A stretch of DNA of 39,451 nucleotides from a virus (IMGVR_UViG_3300048687_000155:1-39451); one strand, 5' to 3'; positions 9,020 to 17,253 are shown, numbered from the stretch's first letter. Numbers and translations are program-made. The notes: generated by a model from the letters alone, not told the origin.

Positions 9020-9970
9020 TTGGATACTAAGATTTGTACTAGCTGCAAAGCTGCCAAGGACCTCTTGGAGTTCTACTCGTATTTCCGCAAGAGGGACGGC
9101 AAAACTCGGGTTGAATCAATCTGTAAAGTTTGTCACCTAGTCCGAGATAGACAAGGTCCCAAGCAACCTCGCAAAAAAGAACCGTTTCCGGTCGCTTCTG
9201 ATGAGGGCACCAAAGTTTGTATCAGGTGTTGTTGCCTGAAGTCTCTTGAAGAGTTTTATTCGTTTTACTCGAGTCGATATGGCAAAACATGTACGCATGC
9301 TCAATGTAAAAAGTGTAAGGCCAGTGAGACAAAGGCACATTATGTGCCTCATCCGAAACCAATCCAGGTAAAGACAGAAGAAGAGAAGCAGCAGTATTTC
9401 CGGGACTACCAAAAAAGCAATCGCGGCAAGATGAATTCTTACCGGGAAGCCTGGAAGGCTAAGAACCGGGAGTATTTCGAGGCTCAGGCAGCGGCTTATT
9501 ACGAGGCTAACAAGGATCGTATCCGGGAGCGAGACAAGGCCAGGCGTAAGGCAGAGAAGGAAACTGCTAAGACGCGCTGGCGATCCGAACGGCTAGCAAA
9601 GAAAGCACGACGGGATGCAGGTTGGCGTAAGGAAGCCCCAGCGATTCAGGTCGCTGTTACTGAGTGCTTGGAATCCTACCGGATTGGGAATCAGTATTGG
9701 GATGTTTACGAATCACAGTTAATCGATAATCCGACTATCGATCACATTGTGCCGGTTACGGCAGCAGGCACGCACACCGCGGATAACTTCTGCATAACCT
9801 CACTTGAAAACAATGCTTCAAAAGGAAATCGGTCCCTTCTCGTCTGGCTTGCCAAACGTGCAAGGCGATTTGCAGCAGCTGCTAAATCCAGCGGCACTCG
9901 CGGCCGAAAGGCTACGTCGCCAGAGAAATCGGCTCGATCAAATCTTCCCAGAGAAAGGCCCGTTCCGTAG
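9020..9970 (+). CDS. HNH endonuclease with N-terminal Zn-ribbon repeats
   Basis: Repeated K-x-C-x2-C...EFY units; TIDHIVP...N...NASKGN; overlaps the 5' end of terL. Confidence 0.8.
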   Translation: MDTKICTSCKAAKDLLEFYSYFRKRDGKTRVESICKVCHLVRDRQGPKQPRKKEPFPVASDEGTKVCIRCCCLKSLEEFYSFYSSRYGKTCTHAQCKKCKASETKAHYVPHPKPIQVKTEEEKQQYFRDYQKSNRGKMNSYREAWKAKNREYFEAQAAAYYEANKDRIRERDKARRKAEKETAKTRWRSERLAKKARRDAGWRKEAPAIQVAVTECLESYRIGNQYWDVYESQLIDNPTIDHIVPVTAAGTHTADNFCITSLENNASKGNRSLLVWLAKRARRFAAAAKSSGTRGRKATSPEKSARSNLPRERPVP

Positions 9971-10613
9971 GGAATTGTATCCGAAGCATATGCTGTTTTT
10001 CCGCGGTGGTGGCCAGCATGATCCGATTCCTGGGTGTTGTCCTCCGGAGTGTGATGGCTCACCGCATAGAGAACGTTGCTGGATCGCAGCGAATCGTGTC
10101 GGGAAAACTACAGCAGGTGTTTACGAGGTAGTACTTCATCTTACTGGGAAATACCCTGACTGGTGGACAGGTAAGCGGTTTGATAGGCACATCAAGGCAT
10201 GGGCAGCATCAGATACCAGTAAAACTGTGAGAGGGGTTCTGCAGGAGAAATTTCTGGGCCCTCCTAATGCCAGGGGCACGGGATTAATCCCAGCAGATGA
10301 CATCGTGTACTCGACTGCTAAGGCTGGGATAGCGGAAGCTGCTGATGTCATCTACGTAAGGCATGTCAGTGGTGGTATATCGAGCGTGCAGTTGAAGAGT
10401 TACCAGGAAGGGCGTGAGTCTTTTCAGGCGGACACCATTGATTTTGTGCTTTTGGACGAAGAACCCGAAATCTCAATTTATGCTGAGGTTCTTATTAGAA
10501 CCATGTCAACTAACGGACAAGTCGCGCTTGTATTCACGCCTCTTCAAGGATTAAGCGAGGTAGTGTTGAGTTTCCTGCCGGAAGGAGCGCAGCCGAAGGT
10601 GGTGGCTGAGTGA
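9804..10613 (+). CDS. terL: Terminase large subunit, N-terminal ATPase half (P22 gp2-like); exact start uncertain
   Basis: YPKH motif; Walker A AANRVGKT; YPDWWTG; Walker B LLDEEP; coupling motif FTPL. Confidence 0.9.
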   Translation: MKTMLQKEIGPFSSGLPNVQGDLQQLLNPAALAAERLRRQRNRLDQIFPEKGPFRRELYPKHMLFFRGGGQHDPIPGCCPPECDGSPHRERCWIAANRVGKTTAGVYEVVLHLTGKYPDWWTGKRFDRHIKAWAASDTSKTVRGVLQEKFLGPPNARGTGLIPADDIVYSTAKAGIAEAADVIYVRHVSGGISSVQLKSYQEGRESFQADTIDFVLLDEEPEISIYAEVLIRTMSTNGQVALVFTPLQGLSEVVLSFLPEGAQPKVVAE

Positions 10614-10708
10614 CAACGCTGTCAGCGTATGCTCGAGCCATATGGCGCTGGTGGCCGGAGATTCTGTTGTGGCCATGGCGTGCCCGCGGACCGGTGGATC
10701 TTAGCGAC

Positions 10709-10717
10709 TGCTATGCT
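10709..10717 (+). promoter_or_regulatory. Extended -10 promoter candidate (TG-C-TATGCT) for the array
   Basis: About 30 nt upstream of the first array unit; no consensus -35. Confidence 0.35.
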
Positions 10718-10746
10718 ACGGGCGCTAATGCGCTAAAGCGAAGAGC

Positions 10747-11275
10747 GAAGAAGCCGACATAGAAGAGAGAACCAGGAAGCCAGAGCGAGCCATTACGAGA
10801 GAGAGCACCGTGATCATAGAGCGAGCCGTGAATACAGAGGGCACCGTTGATTTAGAGCGAGCCATGGCTTTCGGACAAGGAGAGCGAGCCGAGAAAACTG
10901 AGAGTGCCGTGCTCAAGGAGCGAGCCGGGGAAATAGAGAGCACCGTCGCACGGAAGCGAGCCAAGCAGCAGGAGAGTACCGCACTGTCCGAGCGAGCCGT
11001 AATCGCGGAGAGGTACCGAAGAGCGGAAGCGAGCCGGGGTTTCGGAGTGTTGCGCTAAAGCGTGTTGCGCTAAAGCAACGAACCGAGAAAAAAGAGCGAG
11101 CCGACATGCACGAGAGCACCGGATTAGGTGAGCGAGCCATCAAGCCAGAGAGTACCGTGCAGCAAGAGCGAGCCATACACACTGAGTGAACCGGGATGCG
11201 TGAGCGAGCCGAAGACAGTGAGTGAACCATGCGTTACGAGCGAGCCGAACCCAAGAGAGAGTAGCCTTAACTGGT
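10747..11275 (+). ncRNA. TIGR-like tandem interspaced guide RNA array, ~14 units of 36 nt (9-nt edge repeat, spacer A, 9-nt loop repeat, spacer B)
   Basis: Edge repeat RAGCGAGCC alternates with loop repeat GAG(A/T/G)G(C/T/A)RCC; unique 9-nt spacers; abuts a Nop-domain gene. Confidence 0.88.
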
Positions 11276-12083
11276 GAGCGCAAATATCGAAGCTGTCCAG
11301 AAACTGTCGCGGGACCTTCGCGCCGCCGCCAAGCTGATGGGTGTGCGCGAAGCCAGATATTTTGTTGACAGTTACTACGACCTTCAGGACTACCGCATCG
11401 CAGCCGCCAACCAGCAGCGCAAACTGCTCGAGGGCCAGGAGCCCTCCGAATTCATCGCCTGGCTAAACGGGCAACTGGTGGTGCTCGAGAATCAGATCAA
11501 AGCCGTGCTCGACAAGTGGAGCGCGGCGCAACCGATGGGCGAGTGGAGCCGTTCGATCGTAGGGATCGGCCCCGTAATTTCATCGGGATTGATTGCCAAC
11601 ATCGATATCACAAAAGCCCCGACCGTAGGCCATATCTGGAGATTTGCGGGCTTGGATCCCACTACGAAATGGGGTAAAGGTGAGAAGCGCCCTTGGAACG
11701 CATCCCTCAAACGTCTGTGCTGGTTGATGGGCGAGTCGTTCGTTAAGGTGAGCGGGCACAAGGACGATGTGTACGGCAAGCTGTATCTCGAGCGCAAGGC
11801 CTATGAGCAGCAGCGCAATGAGGCTGGTGAACTTGCGCCGCAAGCAGCGGAACGCCTAAAGCAGGCGAGAGCAAAGAAGTTGGATGACGGCCTGATTAAA
11901 CTGTTCGAATCCGGCAAATTGCCCGCAATGGCTCTGCACGAGCGGGCAAAACGGTGGGCGGTTAAGCTGTTCTTGGCACATTACCAGGAAGCTGCATACC
12001 GTTTGCATTATGGGACGGAACCGCCGCTCCCGTACCCAATTGCACATTTAGGTCATGCGCATTTAATAAAGGGGCCTCAGTAG
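11274..12083 (+). CDS. tasA: TasA-like protein (Nop / IS110 C-terminal domain, no RuvC or HNH)
   Basis: Coiled coil, SIVGIGPVISSGLI, IWRFAGL, PWNASLK, HERAKRWAVKLFLAH; no N-terminal DEDD domain; directly downstream of the array. Confidence 0.8.
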   Translation: MSANIEAVQKLSRDLRAAAKLMGVREARYFVDSYYDLQDYRIAAANQQRKLLEGQEPSEFIAWLNGQLVVLENQIKAVLDKWSAAQPMGEWSRSIVGIGPVISSGLIANIDITKAPTVGHIWRFAGLDPTTKWGKGEKRPWNASLKRLCWLMGESFVKVSGHKDDVYGKLYLERKAYEQQRNEAGELAPQAAERLKQARAKKLDDGLIKLFESGKLPAMALHERAKRWAVKLFLAHYQEAAYRLHYGTEPPLPYPIAHLGHAHLIKGPQ

Positions 12084-12185
12084 CCCGTTTCAAAAACGTC
12101 ATCCTAAACGCCTAGCTGCGGCTGTTGCAAACAAAGCCATCTTTCAGCCCTGAAAACCTGTTTCAGAATCGATCATATTTGACGC

Positions 12186-12437
12186 ATGCGAATCGGCATT
12201 CCACCGCGTACCCCGCCCCGGCGGAGACCAAAGCTGAATGCATGTGATCGAGGGGAGTGGGACCGTCAGGTCAGGCTGGAAAAATACACCACGGAACGCG
12301 GCAAGCGCAATTGGCGTCTGCACAGAGATCTCTGGAAGGATAGCCGCCGGTGGAACTGTAGAAGCCTTTACGACTATAGCTACTATCTCCGTAGTTGTGC
12401 TTACTGGTTCGTAGAGAGAAGCGCGAACGCAGGATAA
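12186..12437 (+). CDS. Hypothetical basic protein
   Basis: ORF track; plus-strand operon. Confidence 0.45.
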   Translation: MRIGIPPRTPPRRRPKLNACDRGEWDRQVRLEKYTTERGKRNWRLHRDLWKDSRRWNCRSLYDYSYYLRSCAYWFVERSANAG

Positions 12438-12462
12438 GGTACGTTATCTTGCACTCGACCCC

Positions 12463-12672
12463 ATGAAGGAAAAGAAGCCGAAGCAGCTCCGGGTAACGGT
12501 CTCGCGGGTGGTGGTTAAGCCCGACTATACGGATGTCCACTTAACGTATGGCCGGTCACTTGGACTTGGCACGGTGCGGCTGCACACGGAAGATTTCGCC
12601 GACTTCGTTGAAGGATTGCGTCTAGGATTCGGTGATATTGTTATCACGCACGCCAAATCAATCAAGGAGTAA
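12463..12672 (+). CDS. Hypothetical protein
   Basis: ORF track; operon spacing. Confidence 0.55.
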   Translation: MKEKKPKQLRVTVSRVVVKPDYTDVHLTYGRSLGLGTVRLHTEDFADFVEGLRLGFGDIVITHAKSIKE

Positions 12673-12678
12673 CCCACG

Positions 12679-12873
12679 ATGGCTGTAAAGAAGACGGTAG
12701 TTGTTGTTCGTCCCTTTAAGGACAGGGACGGCCGAGATCATAAAGTAGGCGAGCGGATCGAAGTGGATCCGGACTACGGGCAGGAGATCATTCGCGACGG
12801 GAGTGTTAAGGAAGACGCCGCACATCCTGATCAGAGCCTGCCAACGCCCCCCAAGGCCGAGCCCAAGTCGTAA
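12679..12873 (+). CDS. Small conserved phage protein
   Basis: RBS AAGGAG; VVRPFKD-DG-DHKVGERIEV pattern. Confidence 0.65.
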   Translation: MAVKKTVVVVRPFKDRDGRDHKVGERIEVDPDYGQEIIRDGSVKEDAAHPDQSLPTPPKAEPKS

Positions 12874-12891
12874 ACCAGCCAGGAGGAGGTA

Positions 12892-13086
12892 ATGGATTTA
12901 ATTCAACTATTAATTGTGCTGATTATCGTTGGCGTAGTTTTATATTTCGTCAACCATTACCTCCCATTGGACGCGCCGATCCGAATGCTGATCAACGTAG
13001 TGGTGGTGATCATCCTGCTGCTCTGGCTGCTGGGTTTGTTCGGGTACGGCCGGTACAACGTAGGGGTTCCTCACGTTGGGCGCTAA
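12892..13086 (+). CDS. Two-TM small membrane protein (Thivi_2564-like); possible holin
   Basis: RBS AGGAGG; two long hydrophobic helices. Confidence 0.7.
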   Translation: MDLIQLLIVLIIVGVVLYFVNHYLPLDAPIRMLINVVVVIILLLWLLGLFGYGRYNVGVPHVGR

Positions 13087-13210
13087 AGCGAAGAGCGGTG
13101 ATCGATCCACCCGGGACCTGCTCAGGAGCCCGTCCTGGTTGTGGGTGATGATTGCGGGCGCCGGGATGTGGGCTGCCTGTTTATATCTCGCGTGGCTCGC
13201 ATGGCGCTAA
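13076..13210 (+). CDS. Small single-TM protein
   Basis: Manual translation ...SPSWLWVMIAGAGMWAACLYLAWLAWR; TTG start uncertain. Confidence 0.35.
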   Translation: MGAKAKSGDRSTRDLLRSPSWLWVMIAGAGMWAACLYLAWLAWR

Positions 13211-13324
13211 TCTGATAGAGCGTCGACAGTAGTCGATAGCTCAAATCAGAAGGAGGCGCGAAGCCGCAGTCGCGGGATATGGGAGCTTACGTCGCAGTAG
13301 ATAGCCAAAGAATCGAGAGCAAGA

Positions 13325-13360
13325 ACAATAGCCCCGTCCGACAGCGGGGTTATTGTATTT
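13325..13360 (+). terminator. Hairpin, probable terminator
   Basis: acaatagccccg-N8-cggggttattgt followed by attt. Confidence 0.45.
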
Positions 13361-13395
13361 ATGGGTGGTCCACCTCCTTACCAGCTACCCCGGCG

Positions 13396-14370
13396 ATGAA
13401 CACCAGACCGTTGTTTCGCGTGCTTGCCATGGCCGGGGTGCTGGGTTCGATGGGCCGCCCGCAGCAAGCCGATCCACGGCGTCCTGACGCGCAGCCTCGG
13501 GCAGGCTCCCCCACCTCGAACTACGACCCGTTCAAGACGGGGGTGCAGAGCGTACCAACGAACGTTGTCATTGCGCTTGGGAGCACGGTAACGATCGCGG
13601 ATATGGTATGTGAAGTTATATCGTGGCCACGCGACACCCGTAGCGTCACGTGCGGCTTGTCCGGTTCGCAGCCGGCCTACTCCGGGGTGCTCATCGTGCA
13701 TTTCACTGACAAGTCGGCATGGTCTCGGACGGTCAGTGTGGAGCAACCCACCAACGCGGGGGTCAGGAGCACGTGGGGTGTCGCAGCCATGACCGTCTAC
13801 GGAGCTAAGGATATCTCGTACGTTGAATTTTCAAATGGCGGGACGCTAGCGATCTGGGAGCAGACACCGGCGGCAAAGAACGTACTCAAGGAACCGGCTG
13901 CTTACCCGACGCCACAGACAACGTACCCGCCTCCGGTTCACGTTCGCGAGATGCTCTGCAACGCGAGTGAGTTTCTGGTCGGGAAAGACCAGAACCCCGC
14001 GGCCACTCCATCCTACTCGATTACGTGTGTGCTGGCCGGGGATCAGCAGTATTATGGCGGGGATCTCGCCATCTGGTGGCATCAGTTTGAATCCCGCATT
14101 GCCGAGAAGAACACACCTCCACCGGTGCCAAAGGCGCAGAGCACAATCGACACTGCAAACCACGCCGAGTACGTGACTGTCGCGCATGATGTGATTTCGG
14201 GAGTGCAGCAGTACTGGGGTGTGGCCGCGATTCTGGTGCAGTCCCCGGTGAAGCTAGCGGTAGACAGGATTCAGTTTTATCCCGAGCGGGAGGATGTGTC
14301 ATGGTTTCCGGGGCAGCAGCCGTTAGGAACGCTAAAGCGAGGGAACTCGAGCGTTGTGACCGGGAGATAG
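13396..14370 (+). CDS. Exported beta-rich protein with an internally duplicated domain
   Basis: Signal-like MNTRPLFRVLAMAGVLG; two copies of TC-L-G-Q...G-L...WGVAA. Confidence 0.65.
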   Translation: MNTRPLFRVLAMAGVLGSMGRPQQADPRRPDAQPRAGSPTSNYDPFKTGVQSVPTNVVIALGSTVTIADMVCEVISWPRDTRSVTCGLSGSQPAYSGVLIVHFTDKSAWSRTVSVEQPTNAGVRSTWGVAAMTVYGAKDISYVEFSNGGTLAIWEQTPAAKNVLKEPAAYPTPQTTYPPPVHVREMLCNASEFLVGKDQNPAATPSYSITCVLAGDQQYYGGDLAIWWHQFESRIAEKNTPPPVPKAQSTIDTANHAEYVTVAHDVISGVQQYWGVAAILVQSPVKLAVDRIQFYPEREDVSWFPGQQPLGTLKRGNSSVVTGR

Positions 14371-14504
14371 CGGAAGCGGTGTCTACCTTGCTATCCGGCT
14401 ACCCGGATATCGATGGACCGTTGCTGGGGCTGTACGACTGGCGTTGTGAGAAGCGGTTGCTAGAATCCGAGATTGCACAAGAAGACAACGCAAGCGGAGA
14501 TTGA
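14301..14504 (+). CDS. Small hypothetical protein
   Basis: RBS GGGAGG; helical ELERCDREI segment. Confidence 0.5.
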   Translation: MVSGAAAVRNAKARELERCDREIAEAVSTLLSGYPDIDGPLLGLYDWRCEKRLLESEIAQEDNASGD

Positions 14505-14673
14505 CGCGGTTTGTGAGTTGTACCGCGAGGGACTGAGTTATCAGAAGATCGCGAACCGGTTGAAGATCGGGGTAGCCTCGGTCGAGCACCGGCTACGTCT
14601 AGGCAAGGTCGAGCGAAACCGGATGGAGTACCGGCAGCGGCCAACGGACCCTGTTAAAGCAGGTAAGATGTAG
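14473..14673 (+). CDS. Small HTH DNA-binding protein
   Basis: LYREGLSYQKIANRLKIGVASVEHRL. Confidence 0.7.
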   Translation: MHKKTTQAEIDAVCELYREGLSYQKIANRLKIGVASVEHRLRLGKVERNRMEYRQRPTDPVKAGKM

Positions 14674-14729
14674 GTGCAGAGTGTGGCATCTCTGTTTTTC
14701 TCCATCGTTGTTTAGTTGTCCATTGTTCG

Positions 14730-14777
14730 AACAAACGGTCGGGACCTCCTCCTCGGAACCCGGCCATTTGTTTTTTT
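14730..14777 (+). terminator. Intrinsic terminator
   Basis: aacaaacggtcggg ... cccggccatttgtt stem followed by a T tract. Confidence 0.65.
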
Positions 14778-14788
14778 AGGCATACCGA

Positions 14789-14938
14789 ATGCACGGCGCT
14801 AAAGCGAACGAGCACGAGTATCAGTCGAACGCCTGTTATCACAAGGTGCACGAGGAGTGTGATCAAGCGTGTGAGTACTGTCAGGCGGAGTGTTCGTGTG
14901 CTTGTCATCAACCGGCAGAGAATTGGGACCATCAGTGA
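14789..14938 (+). CDS. 49-aa Cys/His-rich metal-binding peptide
   Basis: MHGAKANEHEYQSNACYHKVHEECDQACEYCQAECSCACHQ...; GTGA overlap with the next gene; missing from the ORF track. Confidence 0.6.
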   Translation: MHGAKANEHEYQSNACYHKVHEECDQACEYCQAECSCACHQPAENWDHQ

Positions 14939-15189
14939 AGACGCGGCTAGGTCAGTACATGATCCACAATCAACCGCTGTATAAGCAGGTTGGTGGCGCG
15001 GGCGGGGTGTGGATCGACGTGGGCAGCACTCGGGCTCGGTTCCTGCGGGACACCCCCAACGCTAAGGTGAACGAGGTTGGCATGATCACCCGTGTGCTGG
15101 GGCTGGGCCGCGTCGAGGTGACGCTCGAGGACGGGCGTGTCCAACGTGTTGACAGGCACCTGCTGCACTTATTGAGCGCCGATGAGTAA
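14935..15189 (+). CDS. Hypothetical protein, SH3-like C-terminus
   Basis: GTG start overlapping the upstream stop. Confidence 0.5.
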   Translation: MKTRLGQYMIHNQPLYKQVGGAGGVWIDVGSTRARFLRDTPNAKVNEVGMITRVLGLGRVEVTLEDGRVQRVDRHLLHLLSADE

Positions 15190-15284
15190 GGCGCTGAAGC
15201 GAATAGAATAGATTCAGCAGGGCAATCAGTGCTCGCCAGCACCGATTACCCCTGACCGAAACCACAACCAGGGAGGGTTGCGGA

Positions 15285-16040
15285 ATGGCTGACCCCAGCG
15301 TAACCGAAGAGAAGAAGACATGTACTCAGTGCGGCGAAGCGAAAGCGCTCTGTGAGTACAGAACATACAAAGAAGTAGCCGGTATTGGTAAGCGAAGACA
15401 GCGCCAACGTACCGAATGCAGAACTTGCGCTGCGAATCGTTGCAAAGAATCGCGAGTACGAATTCGCACAGCCGAGCTTGAAATTGCGCAGAAGCGATTG
15501 GAAACGCTTGCACCAGAGAAGCGTTGTTATATTTGCACTGCAACAAAGCCGATAGAGCAGTTTCGGCGAATCAATTACATAACAAGCACTGGCAAGTTAA
15601 GTTGGCGGTTTGATAGTAGATGTCTTGAGTGCACCCGAGAACGCGATCGACAACGCTATCAGCACAATCAGGAAAAGGAAAAAGCGCGAGTAAGAGAGTA
15701 CGGCAAGCGCACACGTGAAGAGCGAACGGCAGTCGCAAGACTCTATCGCCAGACGAATCCTGAAAAACTAAAGCAGTGGCGTGAAGCGAAGTACAACCGA
15801 GATCTGGAGCGTAAATATGGCGTCACGTTCGAGATCTTTCAAGGACTAATAGAGCGCTATGGACGGCAGTGCATGATCTGCAAAAACAGTGAAGGCAAGA
15901 TCGGAGTCGATCACTGTCACAAGACCGGTAAGATCCGTGGTCTCCTCTGCAATGGTTGTAATCTCGCACTAGGCAATATTAAAGAAGATCTCGATCGAGC
16001 ACGAGGGTTGGCACATTACATCGAGGCTTATTGCAAATGA
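15285..16040 (+). CDS. Endonuclease VII-type HNH homing endonuclease
   Basis: CMIC...VDHCHKTGKIRGLLCNGCNLALG; N-terminal Zn ribbons. Confidence 0.85.
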   Translation: MADPSVTEEKKTCTQCGEAKALCEYRTYKEVAGIGKRRQRQRTECRTCAANRCKESRVRIRTAELEIAQKRLETLAPEKRCYICTATKPIEQFRRINYITSTGKLSWRFDSRCLECTRERDRQRYQHNQEKEKARVREYGKRTREERTAVARLYRQTNPEKLKQWREAKYNRDLERKYGVTFEIFQGLIERYGRQCMICKNSEGKIGVDHCHKTGKIRGLLCNGCNLALGNIKEDLDRARGLAHYIEAYCK

Positions 16041-16783
16041 GTAAGTTCGTGGTGATGGCAACTTGGTCGGATATCCCGCACTTAAGTGAAGAGGCTAAAT
16101 TAGATCTTTGGAATTCTATTCCTGCATATCAGCGTGAAGCACGATCGAAGGGTATCCCCTCGCTTGGTTCGGGTGCGATATACCCGATAGCGGAATCCGA
16201 TTTAGTGGTGCCGGAGATGGCGATCCCAGATCACTGGCCGCGTGCGTATGGGATGGATGTAGGGTGGAACCGGACGGCGGTTGTGTGGGTTGCGCTCAAC
16301 CGGGATACGGACGTTCTGTATTGCTGGTCCGAGCACTACCGCGGCGAAGCCGAGCCGGTGGTACATGTGCAGGCGATCCAGTCGAGGGGCAAGTGGATCC
16401 GGGGCGCGATCGACCCTGCAGCGCGAGGCCGGGGACAGATCGACGGCCGGGAACTGTTGCAGATGTACACCGACCTGGGGTTGGACCTGACACCCGCGGA
16501 TAACGCAGTCGAGTCCGGTATTTACCACGTGATGACGCGCATGAGCTCGGGCCGGCTGAAGATCTTCCCATCGCTGGCGAACACGTTGAGCGAACTGCGG
16601 CTGTATCGGCGGGATGAGCGCGGCAAAGTGGTAAAGGCGCGGGATCACCTGATGGATGCGCTCCGTTATGTTTGTGTTGAGCTGCACAACGTGATTCAAA
16701 CCAAGTCGACCGCGGTGAAGGATGAAGACCGCGAGTACCTGACGCCGGAGCGCAGCTACGCCTCGACCGGTTGGATGAGTTAG
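16037..16783 (+). CDS. terL: Terminase large subunit, C-terminal (lid plus RNase H nuclease) half
   Basis: TWSDIPHL...REARSKGIPSLGSG; GMDVGW; DHLMDALRY; ATGA overlap and GAGG RBS. Confidence 0.9.
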   Translation: MSKFVVMATWSDIPHLSEEAKLDLWNSIPAYQREARSKGIPSLGSGAIYPIAESDLVVPEMAIPDHWPRAYGMDVGWNRTAVVWVALNRDTDVLYCWSEHYRGEAEPVVHVQAIQSRGKWIRGAIDPAARGRGQIDGRELLQMYTDLGLDLTPADNAVESGIYHVMTRMSSGRLKIFPSLANTLSELRLYRRDERGKVVKARDHLMDALRYVCVELHNVIQTKSTAVKDEDREYLTPERSYASTGWMS

Positions 16784-16802
16784 GCGCTGAAGCGAAGAAT
16801 CG

Positions 16803-17027
16803 TTATTCGGCGGGATCGTACAGCTGCTCAAAGATATCTGGTTTGCAAGGGTAGCGTTCCCCTTTTACGCCGGTAATTACCCAGTCGTTCGGTGACACGT
16901 GCAGCGGACCTTCGAGCGTGCGGATAAAGGGGTTTCCGTCTTTGTCCCGTTCGATGCCTGCGGGATCCGGGTCACCGGGAACGTACTGGGTCGCTTCTAT
17001 AACGACTGGTTTCTTACGATATTTCAT
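16803..17027 (-). CDS. Small conserved phage protein (PGDYG-like family)
   Basis: MKYRKKPVVIEA...TLEG...DWVITGVKGERYPCKPDIF. Confidence 0.75.
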   Translation of the reverse strand: MKYRKKPVVIEATQYVPGDPDPAGIERDKDGNPFIRTLEGPLHVSPNDWVITGVKGERYPCKPDIFEQLYDPAE

Positions 17028-17043
17028 GAATTGAGGATGCCAT

Positions 17044-17241
17044 ATGGGAATGTGTACCGCGTGCAGTGAGGAATCGTTACATGCCAGGCCGAAGAAGAAG
17101 CCGGCGGCAAAGGCCAAGGTAGCGAAGGTGATGGACGAGTTTTCAAGCGGTGAGCTCAAGAGCAGTTCGGGAACGCCCATAGTCCGCAAGGATCAGGCCA
17201 TCGCAGTGGCATTAAACTCCGCCCGTAAATCAAAGAAGTAA
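17044..17241 (+). CDS. DUF6496-like small basic protein
   Basis: KVAKVMDEFSSGELKSSSG...QAIAVALN. Confidence 0.7.
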   Translation: MGMCTACSEESLHARPKKKPAAKAKVAKVMDEFSSGELKSSSGTPIVRKDQAIAVALNSARKSKK

Positions 17242-17253
17242 CTTCAACTCAAC

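Noticed and set aside
10747-11275. Classical CRISPR array, or coding ORFs 10725..10964, 10810..11058 and 10913..11230
   Set aside because: Repeats and spacers are only 9 nt with two alternating repeats; the ORFs are periodic by-products (ERA/ARS)
11274-12083. Annotation as an IS110 transposase
   Set aside because: No N-terminal DEDD/RuvC domain, and the adjacent 36-nt dual-spacer array fits TasA better
12087-12180. Two GTTTCA-starting imperfect repeats about 73 bp apart downstream of tasA
   Set aside because: Similarity is short and degenerate; not enough to call a CRISPR repeat or leader
10614-16036. Group I/II intron or split intein joining the TerL halves
   Set aside because: No intron core or intein termini seen; internal terminators and a separate RBS for the second half
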